The notes below the pieces were generated by a model. It was given only the letters and a program-made list of their open reading frames with translations, searched no databases and had not been told where the DNA came from. The position numbers and the translations under genes are program-made. From Ministeria vibrans ATCC 50519 (Eukaryota > Protista > Filasterea), in NCBI GenBank assembly GCA_943704425.1, contig CALSCP010002643.1:1-64000 (forward strand): 64,000 nt of DNA, given 5' to 3'. Shown here one piece after another: positions 37,871 through 49,517 of the stretch (positions within the stretch are counted from its first letter, which is position 1; each line of letters starts with the position of its first letter).

Positions 37871-38611
37871 ATGCTGCCTGCTGAACCCCTGTGGTGCTCA
37901 CCTTGCCGGAAGATACGGGTGAACCGGTGTCTGGAACACTTTGTGCTGCAGAGCTGCGGCTGTGGCGACGTTGGCCAAGTGGAAAGTGCCCTTGTCCACA
38001 AAGCGTGCTGCTCTCGCTCGCCACGCACCGCAGCCCTGTGCTTTGGCGACGTCTCCCTTGCCTCTCCGTCCGCCTTTGTCGCCAGCAACGCCGACAGTGA
38101 CTCGACGACAAAACAGAAATTTGAAAATGCCGGCATTCTTGCACGGCTTCCCACGGAGCTTATCGTAGCGATTCTCATGCAGCTGCCCTCCGGCATCGAT
38201 GTTGTGCGCTTTTCGGAGACCTCTCGGCGCATGAATGCCGTGGTGCGGCTGCACGGCGAAGTCATCTTCGCGCCCATTTGCCGGCGACGCGGTCTCTGGC
38301 CTGCGCCCTCCAGCGCGCCTTCGCTCGTGCGCCTCCCGTCGTCGTGGGTTGCGCTCTACAAGAGACAGTTCAGGAGACAGCAAAAGTTCCGCTTTGCGGG
38401 CATGCTCAAGGGCACATCGGCCGCAAACGCACCGCACAACGAAAACGACCGGGCACACGACAATGCACAGGCCAGCGCAGACAACCACGACACCGACAAC
38501 GCAGACAGCAACGACAGCGACGATGACATGCTTCTCGACAACCTTGGCCAGGCGGTTCCTATGATACCCATTGACTGGGCAGCCATGTTAGAGGATGAGT
38601 GGTCTATGTAA
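37871..38611 (+). CDS. F-box protein
   Basis: ILARLPTELIVAILMQLPSGIDVVRFSETSRRM; WVALYK. Confidence 0.75.
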   Translation: MLPAEPLWCSPCRKIRVNRCLEHFVLQSCGCGDVGQVESALVHKACCSRSPRTAALCFGDVSLASPSAFVASNADSDSTTKQKFENAGILARLPTELIVAILMQLPSGIDVVRFSETSRRMNAVVRLHGEVIFAPICRRRGLWPAPSSAPSLVRLPSSWVALYKRQFRRQQKFRFAGMLKGTSAANAPHNENDRAHDNAQASADNHDTDNADSNDSDDDMLLDNLGQAVPMIPIDWAAMLEDEWSM

Positions 38612-38733
38612 CTTTTTAACTTTTGAGATTTTTCGATCAGAATTCAGATTTTGTTCATTCACCGTTCACGTTTCACTCACCCAGTGAGGCTACCCGTCCA
38701 ACCCAACCGCAGACCCTCCTCTCGTTTGCTGCG

Positions 38734-39386
38734 ATGCCGCACCGCAAGCCCGGCCTGGGTCGTTTTGTGTACCGCCATCCCCAAGTCCGAAACATGAGCT
38801 GTACGCAGGAGTTCATGAAGGTCATCGACTGCTATTCCCGCTGCGGTGTTCAAGATGTGCAGTGTCGGCCCGTCATGCGAGAACTCAATGCTTGCATCAG
38901 AACAGTATGCTCTTTTTTTTTTTTTTTCTCTTTCTGCTCTCCCCTCTCCTCTCCTCCCTTCTCTATTGGGCGTTCGTTGCACTGAAGACGCACTCGCTTG
39001 AAGTGTGCATGCATTTATCGCACAGGCAAAGCCGATGCTTTGCGTGGCCCTGCGACAGTGCGAAAATGATGAACGCCAACTCTTCATTTGTCCTTCCCCT
39101 CTCTCTCTCCTCTGTGTGCTGTCGTTCCCTCTGAATGCATGCGCGTGTGCTCTGTTTGTGTGTTTGTGTGTGCATTTGAGGCTCTGCCCGGTGAGAGAGA
39201 GCGAGAGGAAAGCTGATATGACTCGTTCTCTCTTCTTGGGACTCACTCTCTGTCTTATTACTTCTTGGTGTCTTTTCTCCTTCTGTCGCTCTGTCTCACT
39301 AAAGACTATTCTTGTTTTAGGCCAGAAAGGGCAATCCGCGCCTTCCAAAGCTCCTCAACGTCGCAATGAACGCTCCGCCCAAATGA
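38734..39386 (+). CDS. Twin CX9C (CHCH) small mitochondrial protein, mS37/CHCHD1-like (exons 38734-38904, 39321-39386)
   Basis: CTQEFMKVIDC...CRPVMRELNAC (two CX9C motifs); in-frame splice to ARKGNPRLPKLLN. Confidence 0.65.
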
Positions 39387-39833
39387 GCAAGTGTGCCTGT
39401 ACACCTCTCTCTATGGGGGGTGTTGTATTACCCTACTGTACCATTAAACCAAATCGCTTACACCAACCCTCATCAGTATTCAGTTGCCGACTAAGCTACC
39501 CAGCTTGGTTTGATCTCTCGGGAGTCGGAAGAGCGACATGCAGATCATCAATGACATAGTCACCACACGAAGACTCAGAAGAGAGCTTCAGAGTGTCAGA
39601 CCGATTACCAAGCGAACTCAACATGGGAGAACGGTGGCAGGCCAGAGCCCAAAAGGCAGAAACGATTAATAGTACCAATGAGGCATTATTGAGGTTGTGG
39701 CACTGGGCTGTTGTGAGCTGTTTGTCTGTTCAATAACTTCCCTCATAGGATTAGAGATGTCATTCGTGATTCGAGATTGAAATTTTGATCACAACACATT
39801 TTTTCTCAGAAAAGTATAGTATAGCATAAAACA

Positions 39834-42072
39834 ATGGCCTCCACATCCGACGACGTGTCCGAGAAGGTTGCTGCCTCCACCTCGATCGACAACGACTCAG
39901 TCATGACCAAATACACTGTTGCTTGTGACATTGCCAACAGTACGACGACCCTGCACCCGCCCCCCGTCGTCGTGTGTCGCTCCTTGCCGGCTCCCCTGCC
40001 CCTCCCTCCTGCCTGCAGGCGAAGATGGGTGCCGTGTGTGAGTGGTTTTGACACTCTCTTCCCTTTTGCGTCGTTTTCTCATTGATGCGCCGTCGTCCTG
40101 CCCCGTTGTCCCTCCCCTGTCATTTGACATGCGTGTCTCATCTGCTCTGTGCTTCAACCGGCTTGCGTCGTGTCCCCTATCCATTTTTTCGCCCGTCGTT
40201 TTTGCTCATTTCGCGTGCGCCTTTTTTTTTTTTTTTTGCCTTCCCACCATTTTTTCTCCTTTCAACGGGGCACTGTGTGTATCGCCGTGATGGCGCCAGC
40301 ACGTGCCACCGGCACTGCTGCAGTTGCGCAGTGTCCCCTGCATTGCGCAACTCGATCCTTTTTTTAATCTGTGTCTGAAACACTTTGTGTGACAGATGTC
40401 CTTGAACAGGTCTGTGCCAAGGCTGTTGAGGGCGCGCTTGTCACTGAGCTGTGTGGGCTTGGCGACCGTCTTATCGTCGAGCAGACAGCGGCCATGTTCA
40501 ACAAGAAGAAGAAGGAGGAGGGAGACAAGAAGACGCACACGATGAAGAAGGGTCAGTCACACTATATATTCTATGTGTCTCGTTTCTCATTCTGTCTCTC
40601 TCTCTCTCTCTTTTGTAGGAATTGCATTCCCCACGTGTGTCTCGGTCAACAACATTGTGTGCCACAACTCTCCAGTTGACTCTGATCCGGCGCAGACGCT
40701 CAAGACGGGCGATGTGGTCAAGATGTACGACGTGTTGTGCATGTTGAATAGGTGTGTTTTGGCTGATTTGATTTGTCTTTTTGGTATAGTGACCTTGGAG
40801 CGCACATTGACGGGTACATTGGTGAAGTGGCGACCACGTTGGTGGTGGGAGCGACAGCAGAGGCGCCCACGACGGGCCGTGCGGCCGATGCGATGGCTGC
40901 AGCGTACCACGCCAGCGAACTGGCAACGCGTCTGTTTGCCAAGGGCAACAAGACGTACGACGTGACGGACGGCATCCAGAAGATTGCCGAGGCATTTGAC
41001 TGCAAGCCGATTGAGGGCATGCAGAGCCACCAGCTCGAGCGCAACAACGTCGCCGGCGCCAAGATGGTCATCCTCAACCCCAACGACCAGCAGCGCAAGG
41101 AGACCAAGAGCGCCGTGTTCGAGGCAAACGAGGTCTACTGCGTCGATATTCTCGTCAGCACTGGAAACGGAAAGGTACTAAAATATTTTTTGTTTCACTC
41201 TCGATCACCTTCACTTTGTTTCTTTCTCAAGCCTTTCTTTTTTTCATTTCTTTCTTTTGAGAGTGAACCTTTTCTTAATTTAAAACACAACCTCCCCTAT
41301 TATTATTAATTATCATTTTTTTTTTTTTTTTTTTTGTTCCTCCCTCTCACTACCTCTTTTTTCCCTTTTTTTTCTTGTTCCTCCCTCTCACTACCTCTTT
41401 TTTCCTATTTTTCTTTCTTTTTCCTCCCTCTCACTGACTTTTCTCTTCCTCCTCTCACTATCACTTCTTTCTTTCTCTGTGCTTTAGGCCAAGATTGGGT
41501 CTTCCAAGTGCAATGTGTACCGTCGCACTGAGAAGACGTACCAGCTCAAGGTGCAGGCGGCGCGCAAGCTGTTTGCCGACGTCACCGCCAACCACGGCCC
41601 AATGCCCTTCTCTCTTCGGTACTCCACACATTTTGTATAGTTGTTTTAATGATATCTCATTTCCATTGTTCTCTTTTGGCTCGCAGTTCGTTCAGTGAAG
41701 TGGCACGCACTCGCTTTGCCATCACGGAGCTGCTCCAAAACGACCTTCTGGAGCAGATGCACGTGTACGAGGAGCCCGAGAGCGAAGTGGTCGCGCAGTA
41801 CAAGTTTGTCGTCATGATCACAGCCAATGGGCCCAAGCGTGCGTCCGACCCCAAGGCCAACCCGGCCCTCTTTGTGTCCGAGAAGAAGATTGAGGACCAG
41901 GCGATTCTCGGTACAAATGAGACAGACCCATTGAATGTAGCTTTGCTCACACAACACTTGCTACGTAGACATTCTGAACAAGTCCATCTCGAAGAAGGCC
42001 AACAAGAAGCGCAAGAAGGCCGCCGCCGCAGCAGCAGCCACCACTGAGGAGGAGGCGCCCAAGGCCGAGTAG
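39834..42072 (+). CDS. PA2G4: Proliferation-associated protein 2G4 / EBP1 (M24 fold), multi-exon
   Basis: [13 protein letters not shown]; [19 protein letters not shown]; [10 protein letters not shown]; [10 protein letters not shown]; VAQYKFVV; Lys-rich tail. Confidence 0.93.
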
Positions 42073-42603
42073 ATGTAGTCGAGTACACACCCCCACACAT
42101 ACACACACAGTTTCCGCGGAGTACGTTCCAAGTGCATTCATAAAACAGACTCTCTTCTGCACTTTTCAAGTTTCAAGTAGTATATCCATGGGAAGTGAAA
42201 AAAGGGTTTAAAGAAAGCATACAAGTGGTGAGTGCCCCATACTATTGTGGCGCTCCATTTTGGCTTACCAACAGTTTGGCAGTAAAGCGCACAAATTTAC
42301 ATTCCAGTGTTTCAAACAGTCTGTTTGCCGAATCAAACCGGCCCAAGATGTGCGGTCGAAGTGTGAACACAAGTCCCGATTACATCATGAGAGCGTTCGA
42401 GGAAGACACCCACTGGTGTTAGAAACGGTCCACTTTGGCAAACTCGAATGCTCTGGAGAAAAGATTAAAGATTGTGATGAAATGGCAAGATGCAAAAAAA
42501 ATTAATGGTGTACCTTCTTCTCGGTAAAATTGGGCCATTTCACTTGTGGGCCATTGAGAAAAACGTGTTTGCTCGAGACCTCTGTCCTTGGTGGCCATCG
42601 CTC

Positions 42604-43536
42604 TTATCTCTTCCTTTTGCGTGTGCCTCTACCCCGGACACTCGCTGAGGTTGTGGTGGGCGCGCCGACGCCACTGCGGTCGGCCTTCTGCTGCGTGTGC
42701 ACTGGATTGAGACGACCCTCTTCGAGTACGCCAATGCCTGCGTGGGGTGTCCAACCTGAGCGCACTAGAAGCGCAAAGGGTCGTGTACCCGGTCGTAATG
42801 ATGTTCCATAGGCAGGCGTACGCATTGGTGCGGCAGCCGTCTTAAAGACGTGCCCAATAGAGCAGTGGTGGACCGAGACGGCGTCGGCGCGCATCCACAC
42901 ATTGCACTCGTCACAGCGAACATCCCCGGGCGCCCGCTGACGACTACTCACACCATCCAGTAGCAAATCGTCGTTGTCTTCGTCCTCCTCTTCTCTGTCC
43001 AGTGCGGCCGCCGCCGCCGCCGCATCTCGCTCGGCATCGCGCAACACCTTTGCAATGTTGGGCCACCCACGCTTCTCGGCTAATTCGGCTGCACTCGGCA
43101 GATCGCGCTCGTCCGCAACCACGCCACGACTCAATAATCCAATAATGACATTCTGGTGACCAGCGGCCGCGGCGGTCTGGAGCGGCGTCCAGCCGTACGC
43201 GTCACGAAGCGACGCAACGGCAACGTTTGTGTGGACGTCGCACAGTTCGTCGAGCACTCGTCGGTTGCCAGTGTCGCACGCCCGAAACACACTGTCCACC
43301 GTGAGTGGCAGTTGATTCGCCGTCTTTGCGGTGGGTACGCGCACGAGCACGGGACGAGCGACGCGCACAGGGACACTTTCAACATGCGCAGTCGACGCAA
43401 CGGCAGTGCTGTTTGCGCCGCCGTCCGTCACAATGCTCATGTACTCGCGAGAAACTGTGTCTCCGTCGACACAGGACAATGCCTGATGCGCAGGTGGTGG
43501 GGCGTCCTCGTGGGCGCCCAGAACGAACCGGTCCAT
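42604..43536 (-). CDS. GPANK1: G-patch and ankyrin-repeat protein
   Basis: Ankyrin DAYGWTPLQTAAAAG; CDEC...HHCSIGH finger; G-patch TRPFALLVRSGWTPHAGIGVLEEGRLNPV. Confidence 0.82.
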   Translation of the reverse strand: MDRFVLGAHEDAPPPAHQALSCVDGDTVSREYMSIVTDGGANSTAVASTAHVESVPVRVARPVLVRVPTAKTANQLPLTVDSVFRACDTGNRRVLDELCDVHTNVAVASLRDAYGWTPLQTAAAAGHQNVIIGLLSRGVVADERDLPSAAELAEKRGWPNIAKVLRDAERDAAAAAAALDREEEDEDNDDLLLDGVSSRQRAPGDVRCDECNVWMRADAVSVHHCSIGHVFKTAAAPMRTPAYGTSLRPGTRPFALLVRSGWTPHAGIGVLEEGRLNPVHTQQKADRSGVGAPTTTSASVRGRGTRKRKR

Positions 43537-44975
43537 CAAAAAAACGAAAAAAACTGAAAGGTGTGCCTTTCTCTGACGGATCAAGCACGTCAATCCAGAC
43601 AACAAAAGTATACGTACACTCACTATTCGGTGAGCTAATTGCAAATGTTTGCGTTTGCTAGTATGGCACGCTATTATTCGCTATATTCTCAGTGGGGCAG
43701 AATTTGGGGACTTGGCTTTGACAACACGACTGACGGGATGAAACAATGCGGATAAAAAGGAGATAAAAATATACATAATTAAACGGTGAATCGTTGTTCA
43801 TTGCTGATTCGTTGTTGACACTTGGCATTTGGCAATAAACTGTGGTCAGTGTTGTGGCTCTACTGATGTGGTTCGAACGAAGGTGCTCGGGAATCTGACT
43901 CACAAAAAAATTGCAATTTTCGTTACAGTCACCCAGAGCGGAGGGGGGGGAAGTCCCCAGCCAGAACTACAACAAAAAAAAGAAGTGCAATCCCTATCCC
44001 CTGAGGTGATCGCAATGGTACGCCATACCCCCAGTGAGGCCTTATGGTTCTGACATGTTGTAACAGTTGTCTCACGGGCGAATCGATGAAAAGATTAGCA
44101 GAAGAAGATCAATTAATTCGTGATGGTTGAGTAGGTACATGTAGCACTTTGCGGAGAATCCGTATCAATGCCAACAAAAAGATCGCAGAAAGCCCCCTGC
44201 TTTTGTGCAGGGGTATCTACACTCTGTCGCGCTTGCAATCGTCGTCGGTCTAAACTTAAGACAGACGATATTGCTCGCAGACACCCTCAAAGTGGAAAAT
44301 TGAACACCAACCGAAAACGCGGTGATGATAGAAACCAATCTTTTGAAGGGGAGAGTCATGATCGACAGTCTAAAAAACAAAAGACTGGCCTCGTTAAAGG
44401 ACAACGAGGAAGATGATTATATATAATTATATGACATCAAATAAGATGATTGGTGTTGAGCTGAGCTCAACACTACATCAAACCCCAACGCGAATAGGCA
44501 GGACGCGCACTTGTATTCAGTTACAGGTGATGGGCTTTTATAATATTATTATAATAATAATAATAAAAATAAAATAAAACAAAAATAAATTGTTTTTTTT
44601 TTGCACTTTTTTGCACTTTTTAAAAATCCAACTTTCGACCCCCAGGGTGACTTTTATTCTTGAATCTGGTTTTCGGCTTTGGCTTTTGCTGCAGTAGTAG
44701 AGGCGCTTGGAATGGGTAAGTAGATGTCTTTGGTACATACAATGTAAAATAATAGAAGTAGAACTACAGCTCCTCTTTACCATTATTTTCACCACCACCA
44801 ACATTTTTCTTAGCTGCATCACTCCGCTGTGCCTACTCGTTATGTTATATAGAAACAACACTTGTTTTAATTTCGAAACTAGCTAGGCGTGCTCGTTGGT
44901 CTTTCATGTCCACGGGTTCTTTTTTTTCTTCTTTTTTATTATTCCTCCGCTCGCGACGCTGTCCGTCTTCTTTCC

Positions 44976-45029
44976 TTTTTTTTTTTTGGAAGTCCCTAGG
45001 GCAAAAGCTTCATTGTACAAGACAGTCTA
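44976..45029 (-). mobile_element. 5'-truncated copy of the poly(A)-tailed retroposon
   Basis: Poly(T) followed by GGAAGTCCCTAGGGCAAAAGCTTCATTGTACAAGACA; flanked by direct repeat TCTTCTTTCC (44966-44975 and 45030-45039). Confidence 0.8.
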
Positions 45030-45314
45030 TCTTCTTTCCAAGTATACGTACATATATGGAGTTTTCCTCTTGTTTTTTCACTCCCGATCCACACCGCTCC
45101 GCCTCCGTCTTTATTCCGCCTTTTATAAAGACTAAGCTAGAACGTACTGGCATTGGCCGTCTGTTTGGAGAAGCTCACGGCGGACCTTGAGCGGCGTTTG
45201 TGGAGGGAGCGGGGCCAACACAGATCGCAAGGTAAGGTGATCAGATCAGCCTATGCGACCGCGAGTGGTGCGCGGCGGTGAGTCGTGGGCTTTCCCCGAC
45301 AAAGCGAAGATTTC

Positions 45315-45364
45315 GATTGTCTTGTACAACGAAGCTTTTGCCCTAGGGACTTCCAGCCAAAAAA
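45315..45364 (+). mobile_element. 5'-truncated copy of the poly(A)-tailed retroposon
   Basis: GATTGTCTTGTACAACGAAGCTTTTGCCCTAGGGACTTCC plus A tract; flanked by AAGATTTC (45307-45314 and 45365-45372). Confidence 0.8.
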
Positions 45365-45558
45365 AAGATTTCTAGTCAGGCTGTTGTGTGATATTCTACC
45401 GGCAGCGAACGTACAACACAAGAGGGGCCTTGCACAGTCGACAGCAAGCATGCTTATACGTATGGTGCGACATTTTTAATTAAACGTTCAGGCAACCTTT
45501 CATGTATACCAAGCCAACATTCTTTAAGACTCTCAGACGATAGTACAAAACTGCGTGT

Positions 45559-45833
45559 GTTACCTTTTTCTTTCTTTTCTTTCTTTCTCTCCTTTTCCCC
45601 TTTTTGCATTTTCCTTCTTCCCTTTTTCTTCTCCCTTTTTCATGCGAGATGCTTAGTTTAAAATCAGGAGGCGTTTTCAGCTGCTGAGCGGTTTACTTGC
45701 TTGGGTGAATGGCTTTGCATGCAAGTCTCTCGGAATGTCCGCTTCGGCCCATGCGGGGGTGAAGCAGCCGCTTCGGATGGCTAGATTGTCTTGTACAATG
45801 AAGCTTTTGCCCTAGGACTTCCAAAAAAAAAAA
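45559..45833 (+). mobile_element. Longest copy of the poly(A)-tailed retroposon (pyrimidine tract + 156-nt structured core + poly(A))
   Basis: 14-bp TSD ACAAAACTGCGTGT (45545-45558 and 45834-45847); the paralogous empty site near 46810 has the 14-mer once. Confidence 0.88.
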
Positions 45834-45942
45834 ACAAAACTGCGTGTCAATAGCAACCCTGTACGCCCAAGAAGACCCAAGACACCCATCTCTCTCACCC
45901 TCCAGCCCACACTTAGGCTGTTGGGTAAGAGTTCTACAAGTT

Positions 45943-46774
45943 GTTTTTTTTTCTCTCTCTGCAACACACTCTTTAGGCAAACAAAAACACAACAAAAACA
46001 ACCCATCACTCCTTCTCATGCGGAATCCAATCCAGCCGCGGAGGGGTGTCACGAAGTGCCGCAATGCGTAGTGGTTCTCTCTCACTCTCTCACACACTCT
46101 CTCACACACTCTCTCACTCTCAGTTGTTGTCATTCATGTGAGCTTCGTCGCCCCCACTGTTGCTCGTCTTGACGCGGTTCTGGTACCACTCCTGGGCACC
46201 TTTCACTGCTTCAGTCGTCGCCTTCTTCAGCCTCTTCCACTTGCTCCGAGGGCACTTCTGTTGGACTCCCGTCGCCCAATAGCCCGTGGCCAGTCGGGTC
46301 GCTGATTGGCCACTGATCGCCCTCAATCGCTCCGCCTCGTCCACCTCGTCCATTCGCCATCGTTGGATTTCCTCCCTCAGCTTCTTCCAGGCTTGTCCAC
46401 CTCTTTGCACTTGAGTAGTCCCACCACTGCTCGTACAGCAAACCGTCGTCTTGCAAACGGAACGCCCTTGCACAGCTGTGCAAACCACTCATCGTCTCCA
46501 CCCCTCACCGTCTCACCCTGTCGTCTCAGGGCCGTCCACCTGTCTCTCCGCTCTTTCTTCTTCTTTTGTTCACACACCCTAAAGACTAAACGTGCTTCTC
46601 GTCTCGCGCGCCCTGTGCCCACATCCGTGTCTTTGAGCACCAATGTCTGTCGGTCGACTTGCACGCATCCCAATGCCCTCGTCTTCGGACTTACAAAAAA
46701 AAAGTCGTCTCGCCGACTTGGTGTTGCACGCTCGCGTCCAGGCGTTCTCTCGTTCCTCTTCAATCATCTTCTTG
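45943..46774 (-). mobile_element. 5'-truncated, decayed non-LTR retrotransposon fragment with A-rich tail, flanked by a 144-bp direct repeat
   Basis: Frameshifted ORF remnants resemble an RT C-terminus/zf-RVT (KKMIEEERENAW..., VETMSGLHSC); A tract at 45944-45952 on the minus strand; direct repeats at 45504-45942 (interrupted) and 46775-46918. Confidence 0.6.
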
Positions 46775-47546
46775 GTATACAAGCCAACATAAGACTCTCA
46801 GACGATAGTACAAAACTGCGTGTCAATAGCAACCCTGCACGCCCAAGAAGACCCAACGCACCCATCCCTCTCACCCTCCAGCCCACACTTAGGCTGTTGG
46901 GTAAGAGTTCTACAAGTTATTAAAAGAAAGTACAGTGCGACAGTGGAGACCACCGCGCACATCTTCGAGTGCGGTGCCCTGCCCAACTGTTAACAACTCG
47001 TGTGCGGAAGTTGAAAAGTTCGCAGGGTCAAATTGTCGCTTGCCAGAAAGTAATTTATTATAAAATTCGCAACACATATTGTGTACGACGAAAATAATTA
47101 TTTAGCATATTTCGCGTCATGAAGACATCCACACCATATTAGTCTGAAACTAATTTCATCAGGCGAAAATACATTAACTAAATATCGGTAAAATGCAGCT
47201 TATTTTTCAAATTTACCGAAATTCGCATCTCTCCCCGGAATTTGACGAGTCATTTTTAAAAAATGAAAATCGTTCGACAAAGAAGCGACGAGTGGTCTCT
47301 AGGGGATACTACTGCTGCTTCTGGTAATTTAAATTCTTGCTTTATCTTTTTCTTCCGTTCCCTTCTTTCTCTCTCAAACGTTTCCTTCCCTTTTGCACTT
47401 CGCCCTCTTTTTCTTTATGTTGTTAGTTGCAAAGCTGTTTTTATTTGCTTGGCCAAGCGAATATTCGGGTTTTCTCTCGGAATATCCGCTTAGGCTTCTA
47501 CGAGGGTGGAACAGCCGCTTGGGATGTTTTTCTTTTGAAAATAACC

Positions 47547-47690
47547 TTTTTTTTTTTGGAAGTCCTAGGGCAAAAGCTTCATTGTACAAGACAATCTAGA
47601 CATCCGAAGCGGCTGCTTCACCCCCGCATGGGCCGTAGCGGACATTCCGAGAGACTTGCATGCAAAGCCATTCACCCAAGCAAGTAAATC
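47547..47690 (-). mobile_element. Poly(A)-tailed retroposon copy inside the piggyBac
   Basis: Reverse complement of the 45690-45822 core, preceded by poly(T). Confidence 0.85.
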
Positions 47691-47691
47691 C

Positions 47692-48280
47692 GAGTCCCAG
47701 ACGGTGGCCGCGTTCAGCTACTACGACAAGAGTACCGTGTACATGATGACTACGTACCGGGTGTCGTTTGCGACGTCCGTTGGATCTCGAACAAAGCGAG
47801 AACGCCCACAGGCGCTAACCGACTACAACAATTTTATGAACGGCGTCGACCGCAACGACCAGTACCGGTGGCAAAGACCGTGATACATGAAGTCCATGAA
47901 GTCGTGGAAGGCCGCTTTCTTCTTCCTGCTCGACCTGAGTCTCATCAATGCGTTCATTCTTTTCAAGAACCGCCCCAGCGCGGATCCGACGCGCAGATAC
48001 ACATTGGCCGACTTCCGCGTCGAACTCATTGCCTACCGCACCCCAAGTGAACCAGAGCCACGTATTAGGCCTGGTTCACAGCCAGCCAACCCCCATTACC
48101 TCAATTGACGCCAGGAAACCCATCATTTGATGACCAACACCGATCTGGATGCACGCGGAATCCCTAAGACTCGACACTGTGCTCGTTCTGGATGCACCTC
48201 CAAGACCAACAAAGTGTGCGCCGAGTGCAACCGCGCTTAATGCAGCACTGCTGGACGACCATGCTTTAATGCTGAGCACT
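47692..48280 (+). pseudogene. piggyBac transposase C-terminal remnant
   Basis: YDKSTVYMMTT...PQALTDYNNFMNGVDRNDQ...KSWKAAFFFLLDLSLINAFIL; Cys-rich tail CARSGC...VCAEC; several in-frame stops. Confidence 0.85.
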
Positions 48281-48580
48281 GTTGGGTGACTGAAATCGAC
48301 ATGTTTGACTGAAAATACAATTTTGTGAGCGGTTTTTTTCCCAGGATAATTCTCCACAAATGTGGACCGAGACATGAACTTTACGATTGTATTCAGACGT
48401 TTAACACATACTCAAGCAGCTTATGAGGCCCACTCAGGATACATCGCGCCCTCTCCTTTCTAACTTTCTACTCCCATTTTAAATGTGGACCGGAACCAGA
48501 GAGATCGTTACAGCCGGCAGGACACGCGGGAGCCACACTTGACGCGAGGAGAAATACTCCGTCCACAGGCAAAGGGTTAG

Positions 48581-48790
48581 TAGGACTTCCAAAAAAAAAA
48601 AAAAAAAAAAAGGAGGCGTTTTCAGCTGCTGAGCGGTTTACTTGCTTGGGTGAATGGCTTTGCATGCAAGTCTCTCGGAATGTCCGCTTCGGCCCATGCG
48701 GGGGTGAAGCAGCCACTTCGGATGGCTAGATTGTCTTGTACAATGAAGCTTTTGCCCTAGGACTTCCAAAAAAAACAAAAAAAAAAACAA
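48581..48790 (+). mobile_element. Tandem retroposon copies: a 10-nt stub with poly(A), then a full core with poly(A)
   Basis: TAGGACTTCC-A(n) at 48581-48611, followed by 48612-48767, nearly identical to 45667-45822. Confidence 0.85.
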
Positions 48791-49517
48791 ATGTAGCGAC
48801 GGAGTACCCTCACATAACCGCGACAGGTTTTGGCAAAGAGCTCACCAACCCACACCACGTCGTTTTTCTTCTCGAAGGTACCTTCACCCTCGACCACTTC
48901 ATTCCGCACGCCGGCGGGAGTCCTTTCAGGGCCACACACGGACCCCCATTCACCAAACATTTCATAGCTCGAATGAATAAAGAGAGCTGATAATTTATTT
49001 TTATCGTATCATCTGCAGAAAGAAATTCAGACAAATTCCGAGGAAACGCAATTTTTCTTGTAAAAATAAGCTGTGTTTAAGGTATCTTACTGCATATATT
49101 TTCGCCTGATGAAACGATTTCTAAATGTGTAAATATGTATATATTACATACTGCGAAATACAATAATTAAATAATGTTTTAAATACGTCATATGTTGCGA
49201 AATTTACTAATAGATTTAAATACAGCGCTTCCGGGGAGACACGCGTGAGTAGCTTTTAAAGTGTGTGAGTCCCACGTGGACCCAAAAGAATGTAAAGCAC
49301 TCATTTTGTAAGCAGCGGTCTCGAAATAAAAATAAACAGGTGATGGAAGACATTAGCTGTGCAAGGGGGATGCCGTGCAAGAACGGGTGCAGCACGACGA
49401 CACATCAAGGCGCTTGGTACTAACCGTCGAGAGGATCCTCCGGTTCTTTTGATTTATCCTCCGTCCCCGCCTGAAGACATTTCTGTCAACAGAGAGCTGT
49501 TTTTAAAAATTTTCTTG

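Larger units (their letters stand above)
46990..49259 (+). mobile_element. Decayed piggyBac-like DNA transposon
   Basis: TTAA at 46990-46993 and 49256-49259; imperfect inverted repeats at ~47050-47210 and ~49060-49210 (shared TTTCATCAGGCGAAAATA, TTCGCAACA, CAGCTTATTTTT); internal transposase remnant. Confidence 0.75.

Noticed and set aside
39490-39780. Possible U3 or U4 snRNA (CATTGATGATC and CCAATGAGG matches)
   Set aside because: Lacks the U3 5' box A region, the U4 U6-pairing 5' end and an Sm site; the short matches are probably chance
43829-44861. Short ORFs between GPANK1 and the TE nest
   Set aside because: No recognisable motif or consistent exon chain
45667-45822. Hammerhead or HDV ribozyme, or tRNA-derived head, in the retroposon core
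   Set aside because: No CTGANGA...GAAA core, HDV pseudoknot or A/B boxes are recognisable by eye
45504-46918. LTR retrotransposon/TRIM with 144-bp LTRs
   Set aside because: Only one repeat starts with TG, identity extends past CA, there is no flanking TSD, PBS or PPT, and the internal part has an A tail. Disfavoured but not fully excluded.
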